64,000 nt of DNA from Eledone cirrhosa (Eukaryota): contig OZ024746.1 of assembly GCA_964016885.1 (NCBI GenBank), positions 43,586,001-43,650,000 on the forward strand, read 5' to 3'. The first letter of the stretch is position 1. Each line of letters opens with the position of its first letter. This document shows positions 50,301-64,000 of this stretch, in pieces. The notes under the pieces were generated by a model. It had not been told where the DNA came from and searched no databases. It saw nothing but the letters and a program-made list of their open reading frames with translations. The position numbers and the translations under genes are program-made.

Positions 50301-51799
50301 TATTTGACATATATAATTATAAATGTGTATGTGACTCTCTGTGCATGATTCATTATGTATATATCAATATATATAAATAAAATAGAAAATTACACTTGTG
50401 ATATGAAAATGATATGAACTCAGTAATAAATTTGATTTTGCAATTCAGTTACTTTAATGTAACTAAGTTTATTTCCTACAAAAATAGCTACCCTGGTAGT
50501 ATTATGCAGTAACAGAATATAAGCAAGTGCTAGATGTAACACTATTTTCAACTGATTAAATGACCCCTATTAAGCAATTATGCCAGCCAATAAATTCTTC
50601 TTTCCTCCTCTCTCTTTCTAGCCTTCTTTCTCTGTCAATCTTAGACCTTGTACATTACTTCTGTGAGATGGTTTCATTTAGGACGACATTGAATTTTGTC
50701 TTAGTTAAGGTAATTTCTGTCCAGTACAATATATACATATGGCTCCATTATAGTTATTATAACAAGATTTAATGGAGTATAGATAGACATATATATCTAA
50801 ACCGAGGCTCTTGAATTATTTCTCTCCATTTCAAATATTCCACTGTATTTATAAGCTTAATGTACAGTTATATGTGGTAAATATTTCATGAAATAACATA
50901 TTTAGAACATAGTTTATAATATAACATGCATATTTATAATGTAGTGTATAATGTTCAGCGCATCAGTACATGCTATTGTTACCTTAAACTTTTGAACATC
51001 TGACCAATATAATAATTGTTTCAAACATTTCAGAAGCTATTATTGTATTGTGTATATTAGGCAGAGTACATTATTCAACTTATTCACAATCTGAAAATAA
51101 TTATGATTCCTATTCAACTGCTCAGTGTTAAGTGTTAGGGAAGCCTCCTATGATGGAGAAAAAGTACTTCAAGAATTCATTCACATACATTTTTAGAATC
51201 CCTTCTAGTTTGGAAACAACATATATAAGTCATTAACAACAAAACATATGTTTCTACTTTTTCTTTATTTGATCCTGTTTTAAAAAACACATGAGTATAA
51301 AACTTTCCTGCATAACACATTAATTCTCTGACAATGATTGATAAAAGACCTTTATTGAAACCCAAAACAAAACAAAATTAGTTAAAAATCCTACAGAAAC
51401 AGAGTAAAGAAATTGCACAAAAGTTAGAAATGTTAGGAATAGGTTATACAGAAATAAATGGAAAATTACTATACATGTTAACTTAAGATTTGTTCTTGTC
51501 TTATTTGAGATAATGAAATATTCTTTCAGCAATGAATAAAAAGATAGGAAAGAAACATTTTTTATTATTTATATTTTTTGTTGTTTTAGTTATACATAAA
51601 TATTTCGTAAAATTCATGTATTAGGTTGTATGTTTTATACTTGCTTTAACATTTGTTATAGAATAAACACTTACACAAGCAGTGTGAAATTATGTAACAT
51701 TTTATGGTTATCTTATATGGTTTATTTCTCTGTAATCCGCTTTAAAAATAAATTGCATTTTTGTTAATTTTCAAATCTTTGAAGATGAGGTGTCAAAAT

Positions 51800-52255
51800 A
51801 GGATTTTGTCAACGAAGTGTGAATGAATGCCCAGTGCAACATTCATTTAAAAAAAGTCTGTCATGGTAAATTCACTCATGAAGTTAAAGACGGCTGCAGA
51901 CTGCCTTCTGTGATTGATGTTGGCAGAAGCAAATCCTCACACAACTGTTTAAGGACTTAATGTTTGAAAATCTGAATTGCATTGGAAAATGAGAGAAGTT
52001 TGAATCTGGGAGGAATTTGAATTAAATGAAATCCAGAAACATTGCTATGATGAATTCTACTCTTTGTTTCATTTCCATAACAAAAACAATTCATTTCTTG
52101 ATTACAATGTGATGTGTGATGATAATTGGATCATATACAACAACCAACAATGATCAGCACATTGTTTGGACTGGGATAAAGCTCCTAAATGCTTTCCAAA
52201 TTCAAAGATGTACTAAAAGAAGGTTATGGTGACTGTTTGGTGGTCCACATTGTCA
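51800..52255 (+). mobile_element. mariner (Hsmar1/cecropia-like) transposase fossil
   Basis: [52 protein letters not shown] matches [52 protein letters not shown]. Confidence 0.85.
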
Positions 52256-52329
52256 CTCACTCCAGCAATGCTGAGCAGAATTGATGCTATTAAGTAATGA
52301 CTAGATGATTTTAGTACACATGGTAGAAT

Positions 52330-52900
52330 TCGGTTTTACTCTCTCATCCCTGTATCCACACAACTGTCTGGGTGCAGCTGTATCTATTCTAATCATGCAG
52401 AAACTATTTTGTTGTAGTAATCTCTGAGGATTTGCACTTTTCTCTCACTTTAGTATTTATCTCACATTTGCCATATCCATGATAAAGATTTTCAATTCTC
52501 TCTCCATTCTATAAATCACTGCACTGATATCCTTCCTAAATTCAATACTGACATGGTTCTAATAATATATAGCATCTTTGTCAATGACAATCAGTAATGT
52601 CACTATAGCCTAACTAACTAATATATATACTTATAATCAAATATGTTTTTACCCAATCAAAACTCTTTGTAGAATGCTATGCTCATTTCTATTTGCAGTA
52701 ACATCTTGCAGAATTTCTTACAACATTTCTTGGTAATAATCTAGTCTTCTTCATTAACTTTGAAACAATTCTGGGACATAGCTGGGATCCAAGTTAATAT
52801 CTGATGGTGACAAACAAGCAAATGTTCAAGCAAACACTAAAGCTAGAGGCCTGGCTACAGGTGACCATAGGACTCTTCCACAGTCATGCTAATGCTACTG
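52330..52900 (-). mobile_element. Possible old LINE AP-endonuclease fossil
   Basis: YHGYGKCEINTKSERKVQ resembles HGGxGYGxRNxEGERILE; weak match. Confidence 0.35.
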
Positions 52901-55900
52901 CCACATCATAATATAGATATAATATAAAACAACCATCTTTATCAATTAAATGAATTCATATTTACTACAAGCATAACATTTTACTGAAGTGAAATTAACC
53001 ATACATAAAAAGAAATATGACCTTATGATTATCATTTGTTGTAGATGTATGGAAATAGCATATTGTGTTAAGCTGTTGGCTTCATTTCATTCAACAGATT
53101 ATCTCATCTGTTTTGCGAACACTAATAATTATAAGCATTTAAGTTCTGGAAGTTTCAAGAAAAATCTTTGAAACTGAATATAAAAGAAATAACTTTTGAA
53201 AGTAAAGACTATCAATCAATCATCTTAATTCAACATATAATTTCCTCAAACTCAAAGAATAATTACTAAAGAAAACTTCATTTTGTTATATAGTTTTGAA
53301 TAATAAAGAACATTAATTATTGGCCATTGCTTTGATCTTTTTATTTGTTTACAGAATTCAAATCAAATTCATAATGAAGGAAAGACCATTGAATCAAAGA
53401 CAAAGATAGGATGTCCTGAAGGTGCTATAATATTTTTTAGATAACGAAAGATGGTATGAAATTATATAAATTTCAGAAATGAAATCATTCTAATAGAGAT
53501 CTAAATAATAAAAGTGACCTTTTATTTTGAATTTTAACTTTCCCTTTTAAATAGAATCATATATTTTTAGATAATATTCAAATGAATATATTACATTAAA
53601 TACACAGAAATACCACTTTTAAAACATAGCAACATAAACGATTCAAAATAAGCTGTTTTATCTACTGTTTTTATTGGGGTATTTAATTTATTTACAGTTT
53701 AAATTATATTCCTTACATTTAAAAAAATCTGCATATTTTTTCTCTGCAAGAAAAAATAATGAACACTTGCTTTTAGTTTAGAATTATTCATAAGATTTGT
53801 ATCTTGGAATGTTATATTCATTACATTGCTCTCTAGATAAATTTGCTTTCGATATAACGAAGGAACCTGGTGTAGGCTTAGGAAACAGTTATAATTATCC
53901 CAAAATAGAAGTTCATTTACCAGAAGACATTATCATGCTATTTTAACTTCATGTTTAGAAAGGTTCAGTAAGGTTATTTTGAATATTGTTCAGCTATTTG
54001 ACTGTGAATATCTGTTACATCCAAACTAGATTTAGATCTTATTGTTCTTCAATAATTGTCTCATTTAATTATATCAAGGCAATATAAAAAAACAAAACTC
54101 ATCTAGGAAAGCAGCATTCTATTCTTATCTCAAAAAGAAAAGGAAAATCTATATTCCAATTCTGTCAGAAGACATGCATTTTTAGAACAAGTAGGAAATG
54201 CCAAATAATTGTTCGAAGTTAAAACTTTAAGCTATAATGTATTGCTATATTAATCAAATGTTTTCCTTCCATGATTCAACAGAGTTCCTGTCCACATACA
54301 ATTTGACAATCACTCAATTATAGAATGTAACACTATTATTTTAATTTCCATACATAAAAGAAAAGACAAATATTTATCAAAGTGTCCATACCAATAAATA
54401 TTATATCTTGATGTACCATAAATTCAATACATGAACTGCCATGGCAAGTTTTAATGTTTTTTGCTTTGGAAAATTTCCTATGAGTAACAAATTTATAAAC
54501 AAAATAAGTTTAATCTGAGACATTTGTTTACACATTTTTCACATTTTTTTCACAGATAGATTGAATTTTTGCTTATCGTTATCAAAGCCTACTAGACCAA
54601 TATGTCTTAATTCAAAAATAAAATATATCTCAATGAAAGGAAATGCACAAATGATCTAATATAGAGATGTAATAAAAATTTTAAAACAATCCTATATTGG
54701 AATTGATATAAATGATATAGCTATTTGACCCTGTACAACTAATTATAAAACTATATAGAACACCCACACATTAAAAAACAAAACCACCAATACATTCATA
54801 ATAAAAGCAGTTTAAATCATCTTCACACTGTAAAAAGACATACAAGCATAAGAGATTACAAAATATACATGCAATCAATTTTTAAAATAGAAAAGAGACA
54901 CTAGAAGATCCACCAGCAGAAGAAAAATATTAACTTATTTTTCTGCAATATAGTTTTGGAAATATGTTAAATCGTAATTTCATAATCATAAATGATATTT
55001 ATATAACTCTTTCTTGGGTCAATGCATATGTCTCTGTGTGGTCATGCAACCTGCTATAAATAGAAGCAAAGTCTCCCTAAGATAATGTAATTCAGGATAA
55101 ATATCTCTTAACAACACCTCATTGACGTAATCAATAAGGTATGTATTAGTTAAAGCAAACCTTATGAATAGATATCACTTGCATTTTCACAGACACAACA
55201 TTAGGTCAAGAAACTCCAAACATATTCATGATCCATAAAGCATTATTTTACTTTCCAACATTTCCATCTCAAAAGCTACAAACCATTCAACAAAATTCAA
55301 TTCACATTAGATGTTGTGCACATATAGCCATGCATGCACACATATATACCAAACAAGAAGCATATACAAACATTGTCTCAGGCAGAACTTGCTATAAATA
55401 CGGAAATGCAACACAGAAGAAAATATTACAAAAAGATGACACATTTCTTACACTTTGTCAGTACAATAAGTCAAATATAGACAAGTTCAATGCATGCACA
55501 TTGGTTGTATAGTGACAATACTGTAAACTAGTGTGTCAAATCAAATACAATCACTAAAGTAATCATAAGTAACAAAGTTACTGAATATTATATTGAAAAG
55601 AAATATATATCATTGAATTTTGCAGTTGGAGAAATTGAAAGCACACATATTTATATTACAGACTGTTGTAGAATATGTTTGCTGACACCTAACATTCAAC
55701 TACACTCAGTACCTATTACCCCATGGTGGTATTATCACAATACAAATCCTATTCTAGGCTCTGAAACTAATAAAAAAATGAACACAAACCACTTTATTAA
55801 TAAGTGTCAGCATAGAGAAAAAAATATAGAATTCCAAATACACTAAGGAATACAGTATGATTAAATGTAAAACAAAAATGTCCACGGGATATTTTCTAGT

Positions 55901-57022
55901 CTACCTTGCTCTTAAAGTTTTCCCTTTCAGGCATTTCCTGATAACATATGTGCATTAAATTATCTTGCCTTTATGGATGATTAAAAATCTTAACAAAACC
56001 AAATAACATTTTACAATATCTAATTTTGTTAGCAACACTGAAACATTCACAAAAACTGTGATTATAAGTTATATATGGTAAATATATTTTGTATCCTGAT
56101 AAATGAATTATATCCAAGATTTTACAACTGTATTTAAACCTTTTGGTGTACAAACAGATTCTTTTTATCAAAATATGAAGGCATTGCAGGTAAGCCAAAT
56201 ACTGAAACCTACTATACAGTCGAAATTCATTTCCTGAATAGTTTAAATGCTTAACACAGGCAGAAAACAGAGCTCAACAAAATGTGCGAAAATGTTATAC
56301 AAATATAAACAGTATGACTAAAAAAACAGCTATCTAGAAGGAGACTGAAAGAAATGTTTCAGAAATATTGAATTCTATGAAACATACAAGCTCCTAAAAA
56401 TATTAAAGGGAGACTCCAGTAAAAAATAATGAATAAATTCATCAGAAAATTGTAAATATCAAAATTAAAGTATAAAACAGAACTATAATCAAAATGATTA
56501 TGTTAACCCCAAAACTATACATGATCTTAAAACTGAATCAAATTAAATTTGCATTTCAACAGATTCTGAATAAAATTTGATATGTTGAAAATTTCAAAAG
56601 TTGTCTCAGCAAAATTACAAAACTGGTTTTGCCTCCTTTACAACTAAATCTATCACCAGGAGAATTGAGAATTAGATGGTTTTTTAAATTTACAAAATAT
56701 TTTAAAGTGAAAACAATTTTGCACCAAACAGATCATCACAATTCCATCAGTTATATTTCAATGTCTTTTAGTGTCCCAGAATGATTTTTTTTTTTTTTTT
56801 GTAAATATAATCAGCTGCAGTTATTTAAATCAAATAAATTAATATATAGAGCACAAATCTGAATAAAGTTTTGAAAAACATCTTTGCTTATGACTTAACA
56901 ATAGTTGTTTATGCTTAGAAAAAGGTTATATAATTGTACAGTGGTGATTAGAATCATAGACTGCCCTTTTAGACTTTATCTACTAGATATGTCATTCCAA
57001 TATATAATAACCATTCTCACTC

Positions 57023-57450
57023 TCAATGAATGAACCTGGGCACAGCTGGCTTCCCATCACAACTGGAGCCGACTGTGGAGACAGCAAGCACCCCATTCGA
57101 AGGAGATAGATCCCTCATCTGGGATGCCACATGTAACACCTCTGCCTCCAACTTAGTCACTTCAGCCACAAACCCTGGTACTGTGCCCCACAATGCAGAA
57201 GAAAGCAAAACAAATAAATACCGGGGAGTGTCCAGCCACTTCCTCTTCACACCCATTGCCAATGGGACCTCAGGTGTGCTCGGACCACATACTGCTGAGC
57301 TCCTCCCCGAGATCAGAATGTCAACAGCCTGACTGAGGAAAGGGCTCCTGTGAGTTGGGGTAGCTGTGGCAGTGGGTGTCACTGGCTATTATCCATGGAT
57401 GCTTTAGCAGTCTTGTCCATGGGACACAGCCCCAACACTGCTGCGCCATA
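57023..57450 (+). mobile_element. CRE-like non-LTR retrotransposon 3' fragment (restriction-like endonuclease domain)
   Basis: LGTAGFPSQLEPT..PFEGDRSLIWDATC..AEESKTNKYRG..FTPIANGTSGVLGP matches the GxPSxLEP..RPDG..WDATC..AExRKxxKY..FxPxAxETxGxxGP pattern. Confidence 0.8.
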
Positions 57451-57964
57451 GGCCAAGAGCCACCACCCTCCACTCGCTCATTTTTCTGTGACTCCAGAGC
57501 CCTTCCCTTTCCCATTCCTTTTCTGTTTTTAAATATTTTATAGTCTATTTATTATTTTTTCTTTTCCCTATTTCTCTTCTTTTTCGTTTCCTTATTGACA
57601 TTTATATCATAGTTTATGTGAATAAATAATAGCAGTAAATGAACTAATTAGCTACCTAAAAATATTTTATTTTGATAATAAATGGTAGTTGTCCCCATTT
57701 GCCTTCCTTTTTTAATGTCCATAACTATCCAGCTACTTGATGTTGCTTGTCTTTTATGATGTGCTCGTTTACCATTCATCTCATCATATAAAATCCAATG
57801 CCTTCAAATCTAAACCATGGCTATCTATTATCTAATAAACTAGACAAACTTTCCTATAATCATTAAATATTGATATAGAATTTTTAATTGATGCATTAAA
57901 AATGAAAGTAATATTATATAAATAAATTATATAATGACAATGCATAGATTAAGATAACCAGAAA

Positions 57965-57972
<8 letters not shown>

Positions 57973-58034
<62 letters not shown>
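57973..58034. repeat. (GA)n microsatellite
   Basis: Direct reading. Confidence 0.95.
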
Positions 58035-58035
<1 letters not shown>

Positions 58036-59149
58036 ATGAATATGTTACACCATGCAATTATAATCATATGATGTACAATTTTTAAGTAAGTATTTACAAG
58101 ATAACATCTTTATGTTCAATATAAGACTTTATATTTTTAACACAAATAACATGACAGTTTTAAAGAAAATATCTGACTGAATTAATGTGAGAAGTATCAA
58201 AATGTATAAAATATGAGCAATGTTAGTTTAAAATCTAATTTCTATGAAATCGTTTTTTTTTCTTCTGATATTGAATATCATGGAGAGTTTACTGAGGTAC
58301 ATGATAACATTTTCTCTAAGTATTCTGCCGTTTTATAATGCTAGTTATAAATACAATGATTTTAGCTATGAATAGATATACTGATTTACTGTTTATTTAC
58401 AGACGCATACGTTTATTTCTGTCTATAATAATAAAATGATATTTCATATAATGTTTGAGAAGCGTATTCGTTCCAACTACTAGATTGACAATATAACATG
58501 GACCATTTTCTCTAAAAATAAGACCAATATAGGCAGTGTAGTAAGTAATATGTATTACAACAGGGAAACATTTATTAACAGGTGAAATGAAAGATTTCTA
58601 CAAAACAGAGCTTAAAGACTAATATCTTAAATCACTAATCAAATTGCAAAATGCCAATCTGAACAGTGATTAACAAATGTAATGCAAATTATTTCTACAA
58701 GTAATATATTTTTTTATATTTATAATTGCCTGTATATACACCTGAGAAGAAGCATGCATTAGGAATAAATTAAAAATAAGTTTTCAAAAATTAGATCCTA
58801 CAAAAAGAAGCATATTTAGAAACAGGATAAAATATTCAAAGATTATGGTTGTCAAAATGATATAAAAAAATAAATACACAAGGATCATCTTCAAAATAAT
58901 ATATTTTAAAAAGACATCTAAAATTATTAACTAAGTATAACCTTTATTTTAATCGAAGGATGCTGAATTAAAGATGCAAAATGATTTTTTGGGGTTTCTT
59001 GTATGAATATAATCTCTGTTTTCAATTTCTATTTTGTTCTCATGGTTTTTGAGGAATTTCCATTCATAAATCAATAAAAAAAACTTTTTTAATGAAGCAT
59101 ACAAAGGCTCATTTATTTATGTTTTAATTTAAAAATTTATATTTCTCAC

Positions 59150-59315
59150 CTTTATTTATAACATATACTGCACTATCATCCTGGTTTAGTCCATGATCCT
59201 CAATGTAAATCCTCCTAAGATAAGGTAACACCATAATCAGGAAGCACAGCAGAATTCCTGCTGTGATTGTGATTGCTAGAACCACATTGGAGATCTTATA
59301 TGGTTGAGAAGTAGC
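59150..59315 (-). CDS. Internal coding exon of an unidentified host membrane-protein gene
   Basis: Acceptor TTTTTCATTTTTCAG and donor AAG|GTGAG; 166 nt open in phase 0: ATSQPYKISNVVLAITITAGILLCFLIMVLPYLRRIYIEDHGLNQDDSAVYVINK (hydrophobic helix followed by RR). Confidence 0.75.
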
Positions 59316-60479
59316 CTGAAAAATGAAAAAAGTAATATCTACTATTTGAAAAAGGAAATCTACTAAATAAAAAGTTTTTGTAAAGTTTGTATTAAGTCAT
59401 AGGGACATTCTGATAAAAATATATTCTCCATTACAAAACACATTCCATTCATGTTACAACGAAGAAACAAATGTGAAATAAAATAATAAAATTGCCAAAA
59501 AAATTAGATCTGTTGAAGACATTTGAAATTTATAATATATATTCGTTCATTATGAGTTTAGCCTATTTTCATTTATTAAACTATTGAAAGATTAAATCAA
59601 ATAGTTGAAAAAACTTTTATCATGAATAAAGTTAAAAAATAATTTGACAACATTGTTTTATTGTTAGATTTTGTTTTATGAAATGTCAATTTATTTGAAA
59701 GAAAAACATAGATTCTAATTATAAAATGAATGATGTACATACAAACAAAAATATTTCAAATTGTGTTTGATATAAAAAGTAATGGGAGAAGAATATATTT
59801 GATAATTCGTCTTTCTATTCATGCGTCAACAATTATGATTTCATGTGTCAGAAATAGTGAAAAATTCATATAAATTTTTTATATGAAATACTAATTCCAA
59901 TATATTTTTTTACAATTCTACATTGATTACTAGTCAACATATTGTAAAGAAAGATGACATAATGTAAGATGCTATGAATAAAAGTGGAGAATTTATTAAC
60001 AACAGTGAGGAACAAAAAGCACTAAAGGTACAAAGAAAGTTCTTTGCTTGGATAACATAATTATATAGATGATACATAGAGTATAGTATCATCATTTGAT
60101 GAATTGTGATGTCAAGAATGCCTCAAAGCAATATTGGATTTTTAAAAAATAGAGATGAAATATGTTGTTATTCTGATGTCAGTCAAAATACCTAAATGAC
60201 ACAAAATATTGCTCAATAAACAAAGACTACTATCATAAATATGGAACTAATACACTAAATTTGATTAATTTGTAAAAGAAGCCACATACTATTGACAATC
60301 TTAAAAATAAATTTCAATTATTTGTTAGAATTTAGAGGTATTCAATTTCATATTTTCATTATCAGAAGTATGGTCTGAGATTAAAAAAAATGTAAGTGGA
60401 AAGAAAATGTCAACAATTATGCAAGATTCAAACAAAATAGGCAAAAGACCTGAATAGATAATGTAAATATCTGTTAGGA

Positions 60480-61617
60480 ACAGAATCACATTAGTATGGT
60501 ACTCTAGCGAACAAGACACTCTTTGCTGATTTAAAATATCATGTTTGTCTTTCACTCAACTATCCCATAAACACAGGAAACATGGTTATTTTGTATACTC
60601 TCCTTTTTGGCCAAGTAGAAAGTTGACCATTCTCAGCTCCACACATATGTCCCTTTTGTGTTCATCAGACTTGAGTAAATCTAATACAGTTTTTTGTTTT
60701 CATGCTTCTCTTTTAAGTGGACAGAGTGGCCAATAAGAATTGCACCTAACAAGTTTCCATTATGGAGTAATACATATTTTAGGTTCTTCTTTGAACTATC
60801 TATAAAGATTCTCTATTCATGAGTATCATACTGTGGAGCATCCATTGCTTTTAACAGTTCCACCATAACAGTAAACAAAAGTTCTTTCAGTTTTAAAGAA
60901 TGCCAAGAGATCTTTTTCCTGTTCCGATAAAAAATTACATTTGTTTCTTTCCGCAGTATATTCTTCTCTTTAAGTCTAGAAGCTAACAGATCTGATAACC
61001 CTTTTGACATTCCTAAGTCTGTAAGTCATTCAGTTCTACCTGATTGAAGTTTTCATGTTCCTTGGTTGCTGTGTTTACAAAGTCTATATCACTGTTATGT
61101 TCATGCTTTTTATCTGATACACATATATCACTTTTATCTTCCAGTGAAAGTAATTCTGTGTAAATGGGTATTGGTATTTCATTTGAGTAAAGCACAAGAT
61201 GAATTTGGGTAACTTATTTTCTGTTGAGTTATCTTGCTATAATGAGAAGTCTTTGTGAGACAAAAGTAGCAATCTTCTGCATGGTTCTTTGGCTCCTGCC
61301 ATACCATAGGAATGCCAAATGCTAGTTGTTTGCTTCTGCCCTTTGTCCATTGGCATAGATTTTCGACAAATGGTTTACATACATTGTGTGGGGCTGACGC
61401 TTTATCCTGATCACCAAGTTTAAGCTTAAAGTAAGACAAGGATGCTCTTTTCACAAATTCACTAATGTTCATTTTTTGACTTGGTCCTGTAAAACTACCG
61501 CATGACGTAATAGAAAAAAAATGTATTGCCATTTTTAAACTCAGCGGCCCCAAATTACTCAAGAACAGGTCTCAAACTTAGGTCAGCAGAAAAAAAGCAA
61601 AATGTTGTTGATCAGTG
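60480..61617 (-). mobile_element. Chapaev3-like (CMC) DNA transposon, decayed; one terminus visible
   Basis: YFKLKLGDQDK..PHNVC..FGIPMVWQEPKNHAEDCYFC, FNQVELNDL, SDLLASRLKEKNIL and MVNFLLGQ..YTK*PCFLCLWDS. Terminus CACTGATCAACA at 61617 abuts TAA (TWA-type target). Confidence 0.8.
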
Positions 61618-63519
61618 TTATTGTTATTTTATAGATGAATATTTAATGACATGATTGAACATAATGAGAATAGAATAAAGGTAATTGAAAGATAAGTGTT
61701 TGGTATGGAATGTGAATGTGTTAATCCAACTAGTAAGTTGATGAAGGAAAGATATTTATTTCAAACTTTCGGATGAAGATCATATTACTATATCCATTTC
61801 TAAAATATGAAGTGTTACCGTAGACAATATTTATATTTTCATATAAATAATAACAGCAAGAAAATATATGATGTTCTACTCAATGATGGACCAGTGAAGT
61901 AGATTATATACACAAGATTCCAGACAAATTATCTAAGGGAAAATATCTTGTTTGTCTAACACTGGAAAAGTTGGTTACATATGTACTCTATGAACTCCTA
62001 TGGTGCACAAAATATTAAATGATTCAAAAAAGTATTTTACCATCTTTCTACTATGTAAAATTTAATAAATTGCTTATATTAATATATCAAACTTTTGTGA
62101 ACCTATTAAGAAATCGAGAATTTGATTATTTAAATTGTAGACACTTTCTATTAATAAAGAGAATTTCTTCATTAGAAAAATTTATGAAACATTTAAGTTC
62201 ACAGCTAGGGACAGAGAAATCTTGAATGCTACCAGCATAGGCTGTACTGATTGAAGAAATAAATTATAATTAATATATTTAAATATCAAATGCAATTTAT
62301 TGAAGTTTCTATGATGTGTTTTGCAACCACTCTATTGATATTTTTGTTTCTATTATACAATTTAATTCAGAAATCATAATTTAGATGTTCAATATATCTT
62401 GAATATAAATAATGTTAATATCATAATTAAGGTAGAATTAACTGTTGGTCAGCTGAATGTTTCTGTAATTAAAGAGCTCTTTGTCAATATATACACTTAA
62501 ATATTCAGGAAACTTTTATTCACAATGATTTTACCAGGAATTTTGTATTAAACAATATAACTTTATCGTTTGCTATAGATTTCCAAATAATTTCCATATT
62601 AATTGTCTCATAAAATAGATTCTATTTTAGGTTCCATAACACACACACATATATTCTTAAAGATAGTAACTTGACAGAAATATAACTAAAAGTACTGAGT
62701 GAGGAATAATGTTGTCTAGTCAGTTCAATATCAATTATTACAACAAACTATTCATTTGCATATAAATAGTATTTTCAAAAGTATTTATTACCAGTAGACT
62801 AATGAGTCGGGCTATAGTTTCAAATATTACTTCACATTTTATAGTGTCATTGTATAAGACATACTATTTTGCATAAAGGGCTTCATTAGCATATGGGAAA
62901 ATGTTGGAAACTATTCTTATATGTCAGAACAAAGAAGAAATGTTATGTTTATTACTTTTTAGTGCTATCCTTGGATATAAGATCAGAACTAAATGAGGTT
63001 GATGCAAATTATATTTTATTTCAATTATCATAGGTTAATGTGTGGGAGAGATACATGTTCTACAAGAGGTGGCCAGGGCAATTACTCCTTACCCCTTTGA
63101 GATAAGGAGTAAAACAATAATTATGAAACAAAATTAATTCTTCAAATGTGTTTAGATCTGAAAGGCACACGAGTTTAGTGTGAAAAATTGATATGATGGA
63201 GTTATATATTTACAGCAAAATATGGAATTGAAACAAATTGATTGTGAAACATGATTTTCATATGCTGCACATTGCTTCTTTTTCAAGTTGTATATGTTAA
63301 TGAATGTAGTGTTTGTACCATACCATCCCAGGTGTATGAATATGTGAAGTGCCTTCTAAGTTTAGATGTCAAGTTTTCACAATGCAATTTTGACTATGCT
63401 TGAGTATTTAGCATTTTCAAATTGTTATTGAAAATGTTTAAGATAACAAATCAGTGTCAGATTGTGAGTTTTGTGTTATTTAAGGTAAATTTAACTATTG
63501 TTATACAATATGTCTATCC

Positions 63520-63900
63520 ACATACAACTAGACACCTCATATCAAACCCACACTGCCTCAGGGAACATTGAAAGTATTCTGCAATGAGGACATGTCTCTT
63601 TTAAGAGCAAAACAACTTAATCTGTGATGATCAAGGAAACAATGTTGGACATGATTCACTCTTGTCTTGGACACCGTATAAGTCTTTATAAATGTTAGAT
63701 CTTAAAATATCTGATAATCTTTCTGGATGATCCCACATACATAACAGCAACATATGCATTACAAAGTCTTGTCTTCTGTTTCAGAGTCAGACAGTACTTC
63801 AGTTCTGATCACTTGCTGATTGTCTACAAATTTCAAGTAAGACTCAGAAGGAAATACTACTTCCACATTTGTGTTGGTTTTGCTGTCACACACATGAATA
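63520..63900 (+). mobile_element. Old LINE AP-endonuclease fossil
   Basis: FRVRQYFSSDHLLIVYKFQVRL contains the terminal SDH motif of APE domains. Confidence 0.45.
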
Positions 63901-64000
63901 TCTTAGACTACATCTAACAGAAGGCTACATGACTATTTAAGTTTCAGTCCTTAACACACTACAACCTCTGTTCTTCTGAAGTAGATAGCTGTAGATATCC

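Noticed and set aside
53354-53453. Plus-strand exon candidate (strong acceptor, GTATG donor)
   Set aside because: Stops in all frames up to the donor and no supporting neighbouring exons. Similar weak candidates at about 5359 and 29261 were also dropped.
63083-63111. Hairpin TACTCCTTA...TAAGGAGTA resembling the ACTC..GAGT motif
   Set aside because: No upstream hammerhead and no trailing RCT; probably chance.

Overview
This is an AT-rich, gene-poor eukaryotic window, almost entirely intronic or intergenic. The repeat content looks like a cephalopod (octopus-like) genome, which is an inference and was not database-checked. It contains young 5'-truncated RTE-clade LINEs (one with an open 531-aa RT + PHD-finger frame), many tRNA-derived SINEs, and a Helitron with a broken PIF1 helicase. 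There are also fossils of Penelope (Neptune-like), R4/Dong, CRE, mariner, pogo/Tigger and Chapaev3 elements. One convincing host coding exon (minus strand, 59150-59315) encodes a transmembrane helix. The most striking feature, not explained by the ORF track, is about 11 short non-coding elements between 10 and 49 kb that carry type I hammerhead ribozyme (HHR) motifs. Three are intact (37366-37408, 40356-40429, 43429-43512) and the rest are decayed or partial. Most lie in or next to (TA)n tracts, and several are folded back into long palindromes whose inversion point lies inside the ribozyme. One has a 316-nt circularly permuted monomer, four share a second ACTC-hairpin-GAGTRCT motif, and one sits inside a TGT..ACA element with terminal inverted repeats (TIRs) and a 4-bp target-site duplication (TSD). 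A separate 360-bp palindrome holds two divergent tRNA-like units. Most short ORFs in the track are antisense shadows or microsatellite translations.
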